Shown here: in pieces, positions 45,525 through 54,263 of the stretch
How positions within the stretch are numbered: the first letter of the stretch is position 1
Layout: each line of letters starts with the position of its first letter
DNA from: a virus
Taxonomy: Duplodnaviria > Caudoviricetes
IMG/VR virus record: IMGVR_UViG_3300020577_001702
Coordinates: 5,656-69,655 of that record
DNA: 64,000 nt
Reading direction: 5' to 3' (one strand)
The notes under the pieces: generated by a model
What the model was told of the DNA's origin: nothing
The model's database searches: none
The model's input: the letters and a program-made list of their open reading frames with translations, nothing else
Program-made: the position numbers and the translations under genes

Positions 45525-46150
45525 GCTCGCGCTCCTTCTTCTGTGAATTCATAAGCGTTACCGATGAGCATCTCGTCAACCACTTCGTTGCTGCACTGGT
45601 AGTCGTATTCGCACTTCAACTGCTCGTAAATCCAGTCGGCGAACTCGCGCAGAAGCTGCACTACGTCGTCTTCATCGACAACCGGCTGGTCATCCGAACG
45701 CCCCACCTCCACCGTCATGCAGCCGCTGTGACAGTAGTGACCGCGATACTTGGTGCGTGCGTGTACACGGTAGAAGTTCTTGCGCTGAATTTCCTGAAGC
45801 TGCTCGACGATCTTGTGCAGCTCAGTATCTCGCGGTGCGTAGCTCTTCACCGTTTTCAGCGCACCCTTCATGTACTCGTAGTTGCCCTCGTAGCAGGCAC
45901 CATCACCCTGGTTGGAGAAGCCGGAGAAGTAGATGCACGGGTCGTAGTGGTATCCGCCATCCTTCTGGTTGACACGCCGGGTGCGTAGGTCGAGGCCGAA
46001 CTGTTCGGCGACGTTAGCGGCATCTTCGTAGACGAACTCCCAGTCGTTGGAGTCCGAGAACACATACCTGCGCCACCAGTCGCGGGCGTTCTCCTTGGCG
46101 TCGTCGCTCAGCTCGGTGAAGGTGTAGACCTTGGTCTCTAGGACGCGCAT
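45521..46150 (-). CDS. Conserved phage/plasmid hypothetical protein (209 aa)
   Basis: VYTFTELSDDAKENARDW...YFSGFSNQGDGA...EYDYQCS pattern. Confidence 0.7.
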   Translation of the reverse strand: MRVLETKVYTFTELSDDAKENARDWWRRYVFSDSNDWEFVYEDAANVAEQFGLDLRTRRVNQKDGGYHYDPCIYFSGFSNQGDGACYEGNYEYMKGALKTVKSYAPRDTELHKIVEQLQEIQRKNFYRVHARTKYRGHYCHSGCMTVEVGRSDDQPVVDEDDVVQLLREFADWIYEQLKCEYDYQCSNEVVDEMLIGNAYEFTEEGARA

Positions 46151-46407
46151 GCCTCTTCTCCTAGTTGTACGAACTTCATTCGGAAACCGGCGAGCGGAGA
46201 GCCGCAGCAGTCACACGTTCTGCGCGAAAACTCTTCCTCTTCATCGGTAGGGCAGATGTACCCGAGAGCTTCAAGACCGGTGTCGATGTCTTCAGCCCGT
46301 ATGGCTGCGGCTTCTTCACCCAGGTAGTAATCCAGACCGGTGTAGTCGGCGTTGACGGAGACCATCGTGCAGTCTTCGCAGAGCCAGTACTCATTGATAA
46401 CTTTCAT
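46138..46407 (-). CDS. Small CxxC...CxxC hypothetical protein (89 aa)
   Basis: WLCEDC, TCDCCGSPLAG. Confidence 0.6.
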   Translation of the reverse strand: MKVINEYWLCEDCTMVSVNADYTGLDYYLGEEAAAIRAEDIDTGLEALGYICPTDEEEEFSRRTCDCCGSPLAGFRMKFVQLGEEACAS

Positions 46408-46742
46408 GAGAACATCTCGTTGTAGAGTTCGTCGAGCTTCAACATTGCGCTCTCGTACTTGCGCTCGTGCATCGCCGTGTTGATCTCGATGATCTTGGGA
46501 CGGAATTCACCGAAGACTGCTTCGATGATGGCTCGTTTGCAGTGGTCTTTGGCGCGAGCGAGAGCGGGACTGTTCTCAGGCACAACAGCGTGCATCTGAA
46601 GCACCACGCCGAGGCGATACTCATACTGTCGGTAGGCAGAGCGGTAGTCGCCTGTCTCTTCAGTGCGCAGAAGTCCGGTCTCAGGCGATACTTGCACGCG
46701 CCCGGTTTGGCGTGCCTCGATGGCGTCACAGAGCTTACTCAT
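46404..46742 (-). CDS. Hypothetical protein (112 aa)
   Basis: ATGA-coupled ORF. Confidence 0.6.
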   Translation of the reverse strand: MSKLCDAIEARQTGRVQVSPETGLLRTEETGDYRSAYRQYEYRLGVVLQMHAVVPENSPALARAKDHCKRAIIEAVFGEFRPKIIEINTAMHERKYESAMLKLDELYNEMFS

Positions 46743-46947
46743 GACCCACCGTGACTTTCATCTTCGCTGTGACTCCCTCCAGGTTGAGGATGTCGCCGGC
46801 ACGCCAGAAGCTGTTCATCGTCGCTTCTGCGACGACGACACCTTTTCGGAGGTACTGGAACTTGTTGCCGTCTACGCGGAGACCGTCGAACTTGATGTAG
46901 GTCTTGATGTACTTCAGACCGAGCGGGGTGAGAGAAGGCGTGCTCAT
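46735..46947 (-). CDS. Hypothetical basic protein (70 aa)
   Basis: ATG overlaps the ligase stop. Confidence 0.5.
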   Translation of the reverse strand: MSTPSLTPLGLKYIKTYIKFDGLRVDGNKFQYLRKGVVVAEATMNSFWRAGDILNLEGVTAKMKVTVGHE

Positions 46948-47822
46948 GACATGTCTACCGGGTCGCGCCAACCAAGAAATACTGGGTGGCGAGGTGCCGT
47001 CTTAACCCCAACAGCGAAGTACTTGTACTTGGCAGTTTTGCCGAGATATTGATCTCGACTGTCCCATACCCGTTGTCTCTCAGCATCATCAAACCCAGTT
47101 CCAATGTTGAATTCGACGCCTTCTGGAGTTCGGACAACAAGGGCGCCAAGATCGCCGCGTCCAGACTTTCCAGCTTGATGCGAAGATCGTTTTGTCCTTC
47201 CCAACTCATTTGTAGTTGCTTCGTTTCCATTGTGCATCCTCTCTTCGAAACCGATGACGACAGCCTCGGCGTCGCTGAACCGCTTGAGCTTCAGTAGGTA
47301 GCCTTCCTTGACCGTGCTGCGGCCGAACTTGTAGGGCGCATCCGGGTCGCGCAGGATCAGACCCTCGTAGCCCTGGTCGAGTAGCTTCTGCTCCAAGGTC
47401 AGCAATGTGTCGAGACAGGTCACGACGTGCTGCGGGTGGGTGATGGTTGAAGTGTTGTTGAGTACAGGTCGGCTACGGCGGTTCACCTGCACGAGGCGGT
47501 TCTGGTAGCGCTCGCTCGGGTTCTGCACATGGTCGAACACATAGAAGCGCAGATCGAAGCCGGTCTTGTCGTGAGCCATGACGTGACTCACCGTGTCGCG
47601 GTACACAGTCTTGCTGCACGGGTCACCAACGATCAGCTCACCATCGAGATGTTCGAGATGGCAGAAGGCGTCCTGCACGAACTTGTTCGGGATCGGTTTC
47701 AGAGAGCGTGAGAGTACGACGCCGTTCTGCACGATGGCACGGATGCCGTCGAGCTTGGCCGAAGCCAGGAGTGGGAAGCGGAGTTTGTTGAGGTCCGCTT
47801 CGGCAGCGAGCATGGGTTTCAC
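46944..47822 (-). CDS. ATP-dependent DNA ligase
   Basis: KPMLA, KLDGIR, DGEL, FYVFD, EGLILRDP, LLKLK; GTG start overlaps the upstream TGA. Confidence 0.93.
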   Translation of the reverse strand: MKPMLAAEADLNKLRFPLLASAKLDGIRAIVQNGVVLSRSLKPIPNKFVQDAFCHLEHLDGELIVGDPCSKTVYRDTVSHVMAHDKTGFDLRFYVFDHVQNPSERYQNRLVQVNRRSRPVLNNTSTITHPQHVVTCLDTLLTLEQKLLDQGYEGLILRDPDAPYKFGRSTVKEGYLLKLKRFSDAEAVVIGFEERMHNGNEATTNELGRTKRSSHQAGKSGRGDLGALVVRTPEGVEFNIGTGFDDAERQRVWDSRDQYLGKTAKYKYFAVGVKTAPRHPVFLGWRDPVDMS

Positions 47823-47971
47823 GACGGCAGCCTTTCGATCTTGATGATGCTGTACATAAACATGCCGGCAGGCGTTCCTTGGATCGCGCTCATCAAGTTC
47901 CACGGATCAGAACTGACGACTACGCAGCGGAGATTGCTGCCGTCCCAGTAAGAGATTTGCCACGGTGTCAT
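47819..47971 (-). CDS. Small hypothetical protein (50 aa, MTPWQISYWDG...)
   Basis: Hand translation; exactly fills the thyX-ligase gap with GTGA coupling. Confidence 0.5.
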   Translation of the reverse strand: MTPWQISYWDGSNLRCVVVSSDPWNLMSAIQGTPAGMFMYSIIKIERLPS

Positions 47972-47973
47972 GA

Positions 47974-48588
47974 TTAGTCTCCAAAGATCGCCGGCCAGCG
48001 CTGGGCAAACTCCTGCTGGAGCGGCACCATGACTTCGCGGGCTTGGGGGTGAGCAGCTTTGTCACAGCGCATCTTGAAGATGTGCAGCCACTCGCGCGGG
48101 TTGGCCGTGATGACGATCTCCGTCTTCAGGCTGTTGGGAAGCACGGAGCGGGCCATCTGCGGCGGCATACCGAACTGAATTGCCTCAGCATAGTATTCGT
48201 CGGCGTTCTGCATTGCGTCGCACCACAGGGTGAACTGCTTTTCATCCATCGACGGAAACGCTGGACGCGGATCAATCACCGTGATCTCCTTGCCGAACTG
48301 GTCCTTGCTGTAGTTGCAGTAGCGCGTGGATTCCTGACTGAAGCTGGCGATGCGGTGACGTACCAGCTCGTGACTGACACCCCGGTCGCAGATCACCTTC
48401 ACACTGATGCTGCCGTGCTCCAGCACGGACTCGTGCTTGCTGTCGCGCAGGCGCTTGATGAACGCCGCCGCACTGTCGTCGGTGATGCGGTCTTCACTCT
48501 TGTAGCAGACGCGGCCGGCAAGCTCGATGGTCTGTTCCAGGTTCGGAGTGAATGCGATGATACGGGCACTAGCGTTGACGATCTTCAA
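47974..48588 (-). CDS. thyX: Flavin-dependent thymidylate synthase
   Basis: HESVLEH, RGVSHELVRHRIASFSQESTRY, ARSVLPN, R...AHPQ. Confidence 0.95.
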   Translation of the reverse strand: MKIVNASARIIAFTPNLEQTIELAGRVCYKSEDRITDDSAAAFIKRLRDSKHESVLEHGSISVKVICDRGVSHELVRHRIASFSQESTRYCNYSKDQFGKEITVIDPRPAFPSMDEKQFTLWCDAMQNADEYYAEAIQFGMPPQMARSVLPNSLKTEIVITANPREWLHIFKMRCDKAAHPQAREVMVPLQQEFAQRWPAIFGD

Positions 48589-48886
48589 GATCAGCCTCCT
48601 TCACAAAAATTCCGTTGATCATGCGGCCCTTGCGATCCTTGATCTCGTTCCAGGCCGCTTCGATGCACTCTTCGATGCTCAGGCCGTGCTGCTCGGCCAG
48701 CAGCGTCAGGACCACCACGGCGTCGCCGATGCCGTCAGAGATTTCGGCGATGCGGCCCTTCGCCATGCCGTGGGCCAGCTCGCCCAGCTCTTCCATCAGC
48801 TTGACGAACTGCTTCTCCGGCGTGGAGCCTTCGATGAGGTTGCGGGCCTTACCCCAATGGCGGATGTCTTCAAAACGATTGGTCAT
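48569..48886 (-). CDS. MazG-like NTP pyrophosphohydrolase
   Basis: KLMEELGEL...DGIGD...EAAWNEIKDRKG. Confidence 0.85.
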   Translation of the reverse strand: MTNRFEDIRHWGKARNLIEGSTPEKQFVKLMEELGELAHGMAKGRIAEISDGIGDAVVVLTLLAEQHGLSIEECIEAAWNEIKDRKGRMINGIFVKEADLEDRQR

Positions 48887-49209
48887 CGAAACGTCACCTC
48901 GCACGTAGTGCCGTTGAGCGCTTCGGACAGGCTCATGTTGTTCACCACGTTCTGCACGTCGTCGTCGAAGTCCTTGTTGCTCGACAGGTCGGCTTCGTCG
49001 AGAACGTTTTGGAAGTCGTCGGTGCGGAGGTAATCACCGAAACGCTCGTCAATGCGTTCTTCCAGGTCGCGGACCAACTCGTTGATCATTCCCTCGGTGC
49101 GCTTAGCCAGGACATCCGGCAACGTCAGCGGTCGTGACAGGAGCTGCTCCAGCACCTTCTTCGTCACTTCCTCCACCAGAGTCTGAAACAGGGTTTCCAC
49201 AGAGTTCAT
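48883..49209 (-). CDS. Hypothetical acidic protein (108 aa)
   Basis: SD AAGGAG; ATGA coupling to the next gene. Confidence 0.55.
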   Translation of the reverse strand: MNSVETLFQTLVEEVTKKVLEQLLSRPLTLPDVLAKRTEGMINELVRDLEERIDERFGDYLRTDDFQNVLDEADLSSNKDFDDDVQNVVNNMSLSEALNGTTCEVTFR

Positions 49210-50080
49210 CAGAGTACTCCTTGTAGTTAAGTTGCTTGGCGATGAGCACAAGCTCATCGAAGGGGATGTGGTGACAGCCGATGTGCAGCGAGCCGTCGTT
49301 GTCCACCTTATCCAGGTTGTACGGGCCGACCGACAAAGCTGTGCCGAAAGTGGTCTCGACGTTGGTACTACGGCACTGACACGCCATAGTCCACAACCAG
49401 GGCGCTACGCTGGTCGGTACGCGTGCGCCACGGCTGGTCTCGATCTCCTTGCCGTCCTCGCTGAGACGCAGTGCGGTCTGCTCGAAGTAGACTGTCCCAA
49501 CAAGCTCGTGGGTGCGCCACAGCGCCAGCTTCTCAGCCTGCTCCAGAGCACGCTGCTTGCGGATCAGCTCGGCTGTCGCAGCAGCTTCCGCCACGCGCAG
49601 CTCGTACTCCCGACGATCTTGCGCCATCCGCTCCTTCAACGCGCCCGCGTCGAGGTCAGACCAATCGAGGCCGAAGGCTTCACGGTAGGCGTTATAGCGG
49701 TATTCGATGCTCGCCAACTCTCTACCAAGACGCACCTTACGGCGAGGATGGCGCTCCAGCCATTCCAGCGTGTTCGTAAACTGCGCCTCCCAGGCACGAC
49801 GTGCGCCGTTGTGGGAGTTCATCTCAGGAGAGACGATCACTCGCCAGCTCGAAGGTATAGCGCTGCGGGCGAGAGACTTGTGCCGGGTGGTGGTGTTGCT
49901 GAAGTTGTTCTCATGCATCACCACCACGTTGTGCTCGGGGTGGAACTCGGCGATCACCGTAGAGTAGCTGTAGAGCTTGTCACCCCTGAACCTGATGTTG
50001 TTGCCGGAGTTCCGCCCTTCAAGCTGGCTGCGCGAGGCCCAGATGTGGAAGACCTCGTGGTTGCTGAATACTCGTTTCAT
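49103..50080 (-). CDS. Conserved phage hypothetical protein (325 aa)
   Basis: SD AAGGAG; LYSYSTVIA...SNTTTRH; IETSRGARVP. Confidence 0.7.
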   Translation of the reverse strand: MKRVFSNHEVFHIWASRSQLEGRNSGNNIRFRGDKLYSYSTVIAEFHPEHNVVVMHENNFSNTTTRHKSLARSAIPSSWRVIVSPEMNSHNGARRAWEAQFTNTLEWLERHPRRKVRLGRELASIEYRYNAYREAFGLDWSDLDAGALKERMAQDRREYELRVAEAAATAELIRKQRALEQAEKLALWRTHELVGTVYFEQTALRLSEDGKEIETSRGARVPTSVAPWLWTMACQCRSTNVETTFGTALSVGPYNLDKVDNDGSLHIGCHHIPFDELVLIAKQLNYKEYSDELCGNPVSDSGGGSDEEGAGAAPVTTADVAGCPG

Positions 50081-50454
50081 GTGTAGTACTCCTTGCCGTC
50101 GTACTTCACCTCACCGCGCGACCACAGCAGCTTCAGGTGCTCGGCGTACTTCGCCGACGGCTGCTTGCCTTCGTCCAGCTCGGACATGAGCAAGTCCTTC
50201 GTGCTGCCGCCGATTTTACTAATGCTGGGTTTGCCGGGGGAGACGTTCGGGCGTTCGGCGTGCTGTGCCGTAGTAGGTTTGGTGTCTTCGTCAGGGACGC
50301 CGCCACCCGGCTCAGCCCACGGCTTCACCGTGTCCGGTCGAGCCTCCTTCGGTGCCATGAGGAATTTCCCAGCACCATCGACCTTCTTCATTGCCTCGAT
50401 GATCAGTTCAGCCTCAGTGGCTGAATCTGCGTACACCGTGATTGAGATTTTCAT
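50077..50454 (-). CDS. Hypothetical protein (125 aa)
   Basis: ATGA coupling on both sides. Confidence 0.55.
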   Translation of the reverse strand: MKISITVYADSATEAELIIEAMKKVDGAGKFLMAPKEARPDTVKPWAEPGGGVPDEDTKPTTAQHAERPNVSPGKPSISKIGGSTKDLLMSELDEGKQPSAKYAEHLKLLWSRGEVKYDGKEYYT

Positions 50455-50894
50455 AGCCACATGTAATCCACGCCGCACTCGGCGAAAAGTTTAGTGGACC
50501 GCTCGATGTGCTCTTCCCACCGCTGAATGAACTCGGACTCCGGTCGTTGACACCAGACGGTCTTTATTCCGGCTTGAACGATTGCGCGAGCGCAATCCAT
50601 GCAGGGTGGGTGGGTGACGATGATGTCGCTTCCGTCGAGCGGGGTACCGACCCTGGCAGCGTTTGTAATAGCGTTGAGTTCGGCGTGTGAAAACCAGAAG
50701 TATTTCTCAGGTCTCGTTGTGCCGCGTTCATCCTCGTCGGCGCGGCACCCACGAGGCGCACCGTTATACCCAAGGGACCGAACCTCACCACTCGGGCCGA
50801 GGACAATTGCCCCGACCTTTGTACTTTGATCTTTACTGAGGTTTGCGGTTGCACGCGCGATCTCCAGGTACTTCCGAGCCTTCTCGGGGGTCAT
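50451..50894 (-). CDS. dCMP deaminase
   Basis: LGYNGAPRG, HAELNAI, THPPCMDC. Confidence 0.93.
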   Translation of the reverse strand: MTPEKARKYLEIARATANLSKDQSTKVGAIVLGPSGEVRSLGYNGAPRGCRADEDERGTTRPEKYFWFSHAELNAITNAARVGTPLDGSDIIVTHPPCMDCARAIVQAGIKTVWCQRPESEFIQRWEEHIERSTKLFAECGVDYMWL

Positions 50895-51103
50895 GAGTGG
50901 AACTCGACAAGATCATCGGGCGTCTTGCGCTGTATGGCACCGACGGTGATACCGCCACCATCGACCCACTGGTACTGGATGATCCACTCCAGCCAGCCGT
51001 CGGCGAGCCGTGTGGTAGGGTGCACCGTCACCGATGACACCTTACCTTCGGCACTCATACGGGCGATATGTCGGCCAACGGCTTCACCCATCTTGACTTC
51101 CAT
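50891..51103 (-). CDS. Hypothetical protein (70 aa)
   Basis: Overlap-coupled. Confidence 0.55.
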   Translation of the reverse strand: MEVKMGEAVGRHIARMSAEGKVSSVTVHPTTRLADGWLEWIIQYQWVDGGGITVGAIQRKTPDDLVEFHS

Positions 51104-51363
51104 CAGCCGTACGCCTTCACCAGGGCGTCGCGAGCGACCTTGGCGTGGGTCACGCCGTCCTTCGTCGCCTTGGCCTTGATCTTGTCGATCACGCTCGGCT
51201 GGAGTCGAATCGTGTACAGGATCATGCCGGCTTCTTCAGCCTTGGCTTTGGCCTTGGCCGGCGCAGTTTTGGCGGGCGCAGTTTTGGCGGGCGCAGCAGC
51301 CTTCTTCGGCGCGGCGGCAGCGGGCTTCTTGGTGGGTGCAGCAGGGGTCTTCTTGGCAGTCAT
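51103..51363 (-). CDS. Histone-H1-like Lys/Ala/Pro tail fused to a ribbon-helix-helix domain
   Basis: AKKTPAAP/PAKTA repeats then ILYTIRLQPSVIDKIKAKATKDGVTHAKVARDAL. Confidence 0.65.
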   Translation of the reverse strand: MTAKKTPAAPTKKPAAAAPKKAAAPAKTAPAKTAPAKAKAKAEEAGMILYTIRLQPSVIDKIKAKATKDGVTHAKVARDALVKAYG

Positions 51364-51365
51364 GG

Positions 51366-51815
51366 TTACTTCTCCTTGTGGTTGATCCGCCATTCAGGCG
51401 GTACGTCGTAGCAAACCTCTCCGTTGGAGTCGAGGTTGTCCAGGTCGCCGCAGTTGGGAACGCACGGCGAGCAAAGTTTTGCAGTGGTTGTGTGGGGCGA
51501 CTCAAAGACCCAGATCATCAGGGCACCACCGAGGTAGGTGGTGTGGCCTTTCACACCATCAATGTCGAACGCGTGGATAGGCTCGTCGCAGTACCAGTTA
51601 TCGCTGAGAGATTCGAGTCGATGCTCGAACTCTTCTTCCAACTCGTCGCCAGCGAACCCTTCTGCGTTAAGCGACTCACGCAGATCGGCCTCGGCTTCCT
51701 CCCAGAAGATGTCAGTACCTGTCTGGATGATCTCTTCGTACACCCAGTCGTTGAGGTTGTTGTTTGCAATGATCCCGAACCGGATGCCGGTGTCAGGGTT
51801 TACGTTCACACTCAT
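51366..51815 (-). CDS. Acidic hypothetical protein with C-terminal Cys motif (149 aa)
   Basis: SD AAGGAG before ATG 51815; CSPCVPNCGDL. Confidence 0.7.
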   Translation of the reverse strand: MSVNVNPDTGIRFGIIANNNLNDWVYEEIIQTGTDIFWEEAEADLRESLNAEGFAGDELEEEFEHRLESLSDNWYCDEPIHAFDIDGVKGHTTYLGGALMIWVFESPHTTTAKLCSPCVPNCGDLDNLDSNGEVCYDVPPEWRINHKEK

Positions 51816-51959
51816 GTAAAGCTCCTTGTTGTAGGTGCCCCGGTCTAACGCGCACCGGGGCAAGGCGGTCGGCTCACACAGGGGAAAGGAAGTACAGGAG
51901 GAACCCTGGCACCGACTGCCGGTGTTACTACCGCCACTACCGGCTTGGCGGGGTCTACC

Positions 51960-52136
51960 TCACCTTCGGTACCAGCCGTAGCCCGGCATGTGATAGAACT
52001 GGTCTTCCTTGACTTTGGCTCGCGCAGTGATCCAGTTGGGTGCCTCGATGGTGTCGATCAGCGTGCCGGACTTCTTCGTGTAGACCGAGTTCAGGACCAC
52101 ACGACCGTCCGGTTGCTCATAGAGGAAGTAGCTCAT
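51960..52136 (-). CDS. Small hypothetical protein (58 aa, MSYFLYEQPDG...)
   Basis: Hand translation; ATGA overlap with the DUF932 stop. Confidence 0.55.
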   Translation of the reverse strand: MSYFLYEQPDGRVVLNSVYTKKSGTLIDTIEAPNWITARAKVKEDQFYHMPGYGWYRR

Positions 52137-53083
52137 GCTGCCAGCTTCAGCACACCATCGAAGACGCGCTGCTTGACGTTGAAGCCTTCACCGAACCACG
52201 CGCTGTCGAGCCGGTTGCCCTGGTTGCGGGCACGCTTCACATGGTCGACGTACTCGGTGGTGGCGTTGACCAGACCCCAGCCGGTGTTGGCAGCCAGATC
52301 AGCACCGATGTACTTGCGGTACCGGAACATGTCGACCACGTTATTCGCGTGGATGTGATCACTGAAACGTTGGGCTTCCAGCTCGTCCTGCGGCACCTTG
52401 AAGGCGTCGTTGACGATCTCCTGGGCCTTCTTCACATCGACGACGATCTTGGCGATAGAGTCCAGGGCCTTCGTGAACGCTTCCCACTGCGCCTGACCCA
52501 GGCCGAGCTGTTCGTGCACGGCGTCGATCTTGAACTCGCGGAAGTGCGGGATGACGATACGACCGTGCTGGTCGCCGAAGCTCTGCTGAAGCGTGTTGTT
52601 GCACACCACTCTGACAGAGGTGAAGTACGCCTGGGTAGAGAACGTCAGATCGTAGGACGTGGCGATGTTCAGGTAGCCGCGCACCTCGTCGGCGCCAAGC
52701 ACCTTGTGGGCGTCGCCGGTCGTTGCCAGCGCCCAGATGCGCTGTCCACCCTTGAGGGAGCCGGCCGTCTCGATCTTCATGTTGTGGCGGGAGAGCAGGG
52801 CGCGGAAGAACTCCAGCACCTCTTTCGGCTGCACTGGCTTGTAGCGGCCGGAGACCACCGAGAACGGGGTGTGGTCCGTGTCGCGAGCAAGTACGAACTT
52901 GTCCTTGAAGTTGTACTCGCCGCCGGCCTCCTCGCGGTACATGACCGGGCGCTTGCTCACGCTCCAGTCAAGACCAGCCTTACGCTGGATGTCCTCGATG
53001 GTGTCGTCGTCACCAATCGTATTGCCCAGGCCGTGCCAGGGCACCGCACCTCGGTAGGCCATCTGTTCAATCATGTGGGCCAT
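52133..53083 (-). CDS. DUF932/DUF945 phage-plasmid family protein
   Basis: MAYRGAVPWHGLG, AGLDWSV, VVSGRYKPVQ, ETAGSLKGG, RVVCNNTL, WGLVNATTEYVDH. Confidence 0.88.
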   Translation of the reverse strand: MAHMIEQMAYRGAVPWHGLGNTIGDDDTIEDIQRKAGLDWSVSKRPVMYREEAGGEYNFKDKFVLARDTDHTPFSVVSGRYKPVQPKEVLEFFRALLSRHNMKIETAGSLKGGQRIWALATTGDAHKVLGADEVRGYLNIATSYDLTFSTQAYFTSVRVVCNNTLQQSFGDQHGRIVIPHFREFKIDAVHEQLGLGQAQWEAFTKALDSIAKIVVDVKKAQEIVNDAFKVPQDELEAQRFSDHIHANNVVDMFRYRKYIGADLAANTGWGLVNATTEYVDHVKRARNQGNRLDSAWFGEGFNVKQRVFDGVLKLAA

Positions 53084-53891
53084 GCTTCGTTCTCCTTGAG
53101 TGAGGTTGTACAACGTCTGCCTGACGCTGTTTGATGTATTCCTCGGTCATACGTACGTTCTTGTGGCCGAGGAGTTTCTGCGCGGCGTATGGATCACCGA
53201 TGTCAGTGGCCGTTTTTCCGCGTATATCGTGTTCGTGAAAACGGGTGGTCCCAGACGACGCAAACTTCGTCATCACCCGCCTCCAGATCGAGCTGAATCC
53301 GCTTGACGCGTACTGTCGCCCCGAACGTGTCGCGAAGACCGTTTTCGACGAACGCGGCAATTTGTCGAGCAGGGTTTGAATCTCCGGCGTCAGCTTGATC
53401 ACGATGCGCTTGCCGGTGCTGTTTTTTGTCTTTAGGGGGCATACGGATATTCCTTCCTCTGTGATGTCCACCCACTTGAGTGCGAGCAGGTCTTGTTGCC
53501 GAAGGCCGGTGAGGACTTTGAGATCGACGTAGACTCGGAGCCAATCAGGGCAAAGCATCTTGAACTGTTCAAGTTCCGAGTCCGTGACGTACCTGTCCCG
53601 CGCCTTAAGGCTGTTGCGTAGCCCTGGCGTAGAACAGGGATTCGCTGTAGCCACTCCCCAAAGGATTCCTTGGTTGAAGGCGTGCGAGAGTAGTGCAATC
53701 TCGCGGTTGCCACGCGTCTTAGCGCGCCGCGTGCGAACATATTCAAGCACGTGCCGTGGTTCAACCTGCGTACAAACCATGTCACCGAAGAATGCGCGGA
53801 GAAAGCGAATCTCCTGGCGGTTATCCTTCTGAGTGCGTTCTGCCTTGCTTGGTACGACATCAAGGAGGTAGCGGTTGAGTAGGTCGGACAC
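53067..53891 (-). CDS. int: Tyrosine integrase, core-binding + catalytic domains only (start uncertain)
   Basis: TVSDLLNRY, LTGLRQQDL (R), KTKNSTGK (K), HDIR (H,R), LLGH...EEY (H,Y). The track's 88 N-terminal residues are the shadow frame of the upstream gene. Confidence 0.85.
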   Translation of the reverse strand: MSDLLNRYLLDVVPSKAERTQKDNRQEIRFLRAFFGDMVCTQVEPRHVLEYVRTRRAKTRGNREIALLSHAFNQGILWGVATANPCSTPGLRNSLKARDRYVTDSELEQFKMLCPDWLRVYVDLKVLTGLRQQDLLALKWVDITEEGISVCPLKTKNSTGKRIVIKLTPEIQTLLDKLPRSSKTVFATRSGRQYASSGFSSIWRRVMTKFASSGTTRFHEHDIRGKTATDIGDPYAAQKLLGHKNVRMTEEYIKQRQADVVQPHSRRTKHGPHD

Positions 53892-54229
53892 AGTTGGATG
53901 TTGTGCTTCCCTGAAAGACGAGAGGGTGACGGCAGCGGGCTTATGGGTTTGGCGTCTTCCTTCCGGTCCCAGATGTAGCTGTACCGGGCGAAAGATGTGG
54001 ACTCCTTGGGTGCCGGGAACCGCGTAACCAGTCCTCGCCGCCACATGAAGCCCAGGGCATCCGACAGTTTGTTGGTTGCGAGTCGAACGTCTTGTTGACC
54101 AAATTCGGCTAAAGCCGCCTTGCGAATCTCCTGGATGTCCATGAGGTCTACGCACGTGACTGGTTCTTCCGTCGCTCGTAAGTGTTTCTCCAGCAAGCTA
54201 TAGATCGTCTTCTCAGACTTTATACCCAT
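53432..54229 (-). CDS. Winged-helix DNA-binding protein (about first 110 aa); C-terminus is an alternate frame of int
   Basis: SD GGGAGG; helix-strand-helix-helix-wing pattern IYSLLEKHL..PVTCVDLM..LSDALGFMWRRGLVTR..RYSYIW. Confidence 0.6.
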   Translation of the reverse strand: MGIKSEKTIYSLLEKHLRATEEPVTCVDLMDIQEIRKAALAEFGQQDVRLATNKLSDALGFMWRRGLVTRFPAPKESTSFARYSYIWDRKEDAKPISPLPSPSRLSGKHNIQLCPTYSTATSLMSYQARQNALRRITARRFAFSAHSSVTWFVRRLNHGTCLNMFARGALRRVATARLHYSRTPSTKESFGEWLQRIPVLRQGYATALRRGTGTSRTRNLNSSRCFALIGSESTSISKSSPAFGNKTCSHSSGWTSQRKEYPYAP

Positions 54230-54263
54230 CGTGCCTCCCGTTCGCTAACTGTCGTCACCCTAC

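Noticed and set aside
53910-53960. Canonical -1 slippery heptamer at the wHTH/int junction
   Set aside because: GGGAAG and CAAACCC are not X-XXY-YYZ in the wHTH frame, so programmed frameshifting is left unproven.
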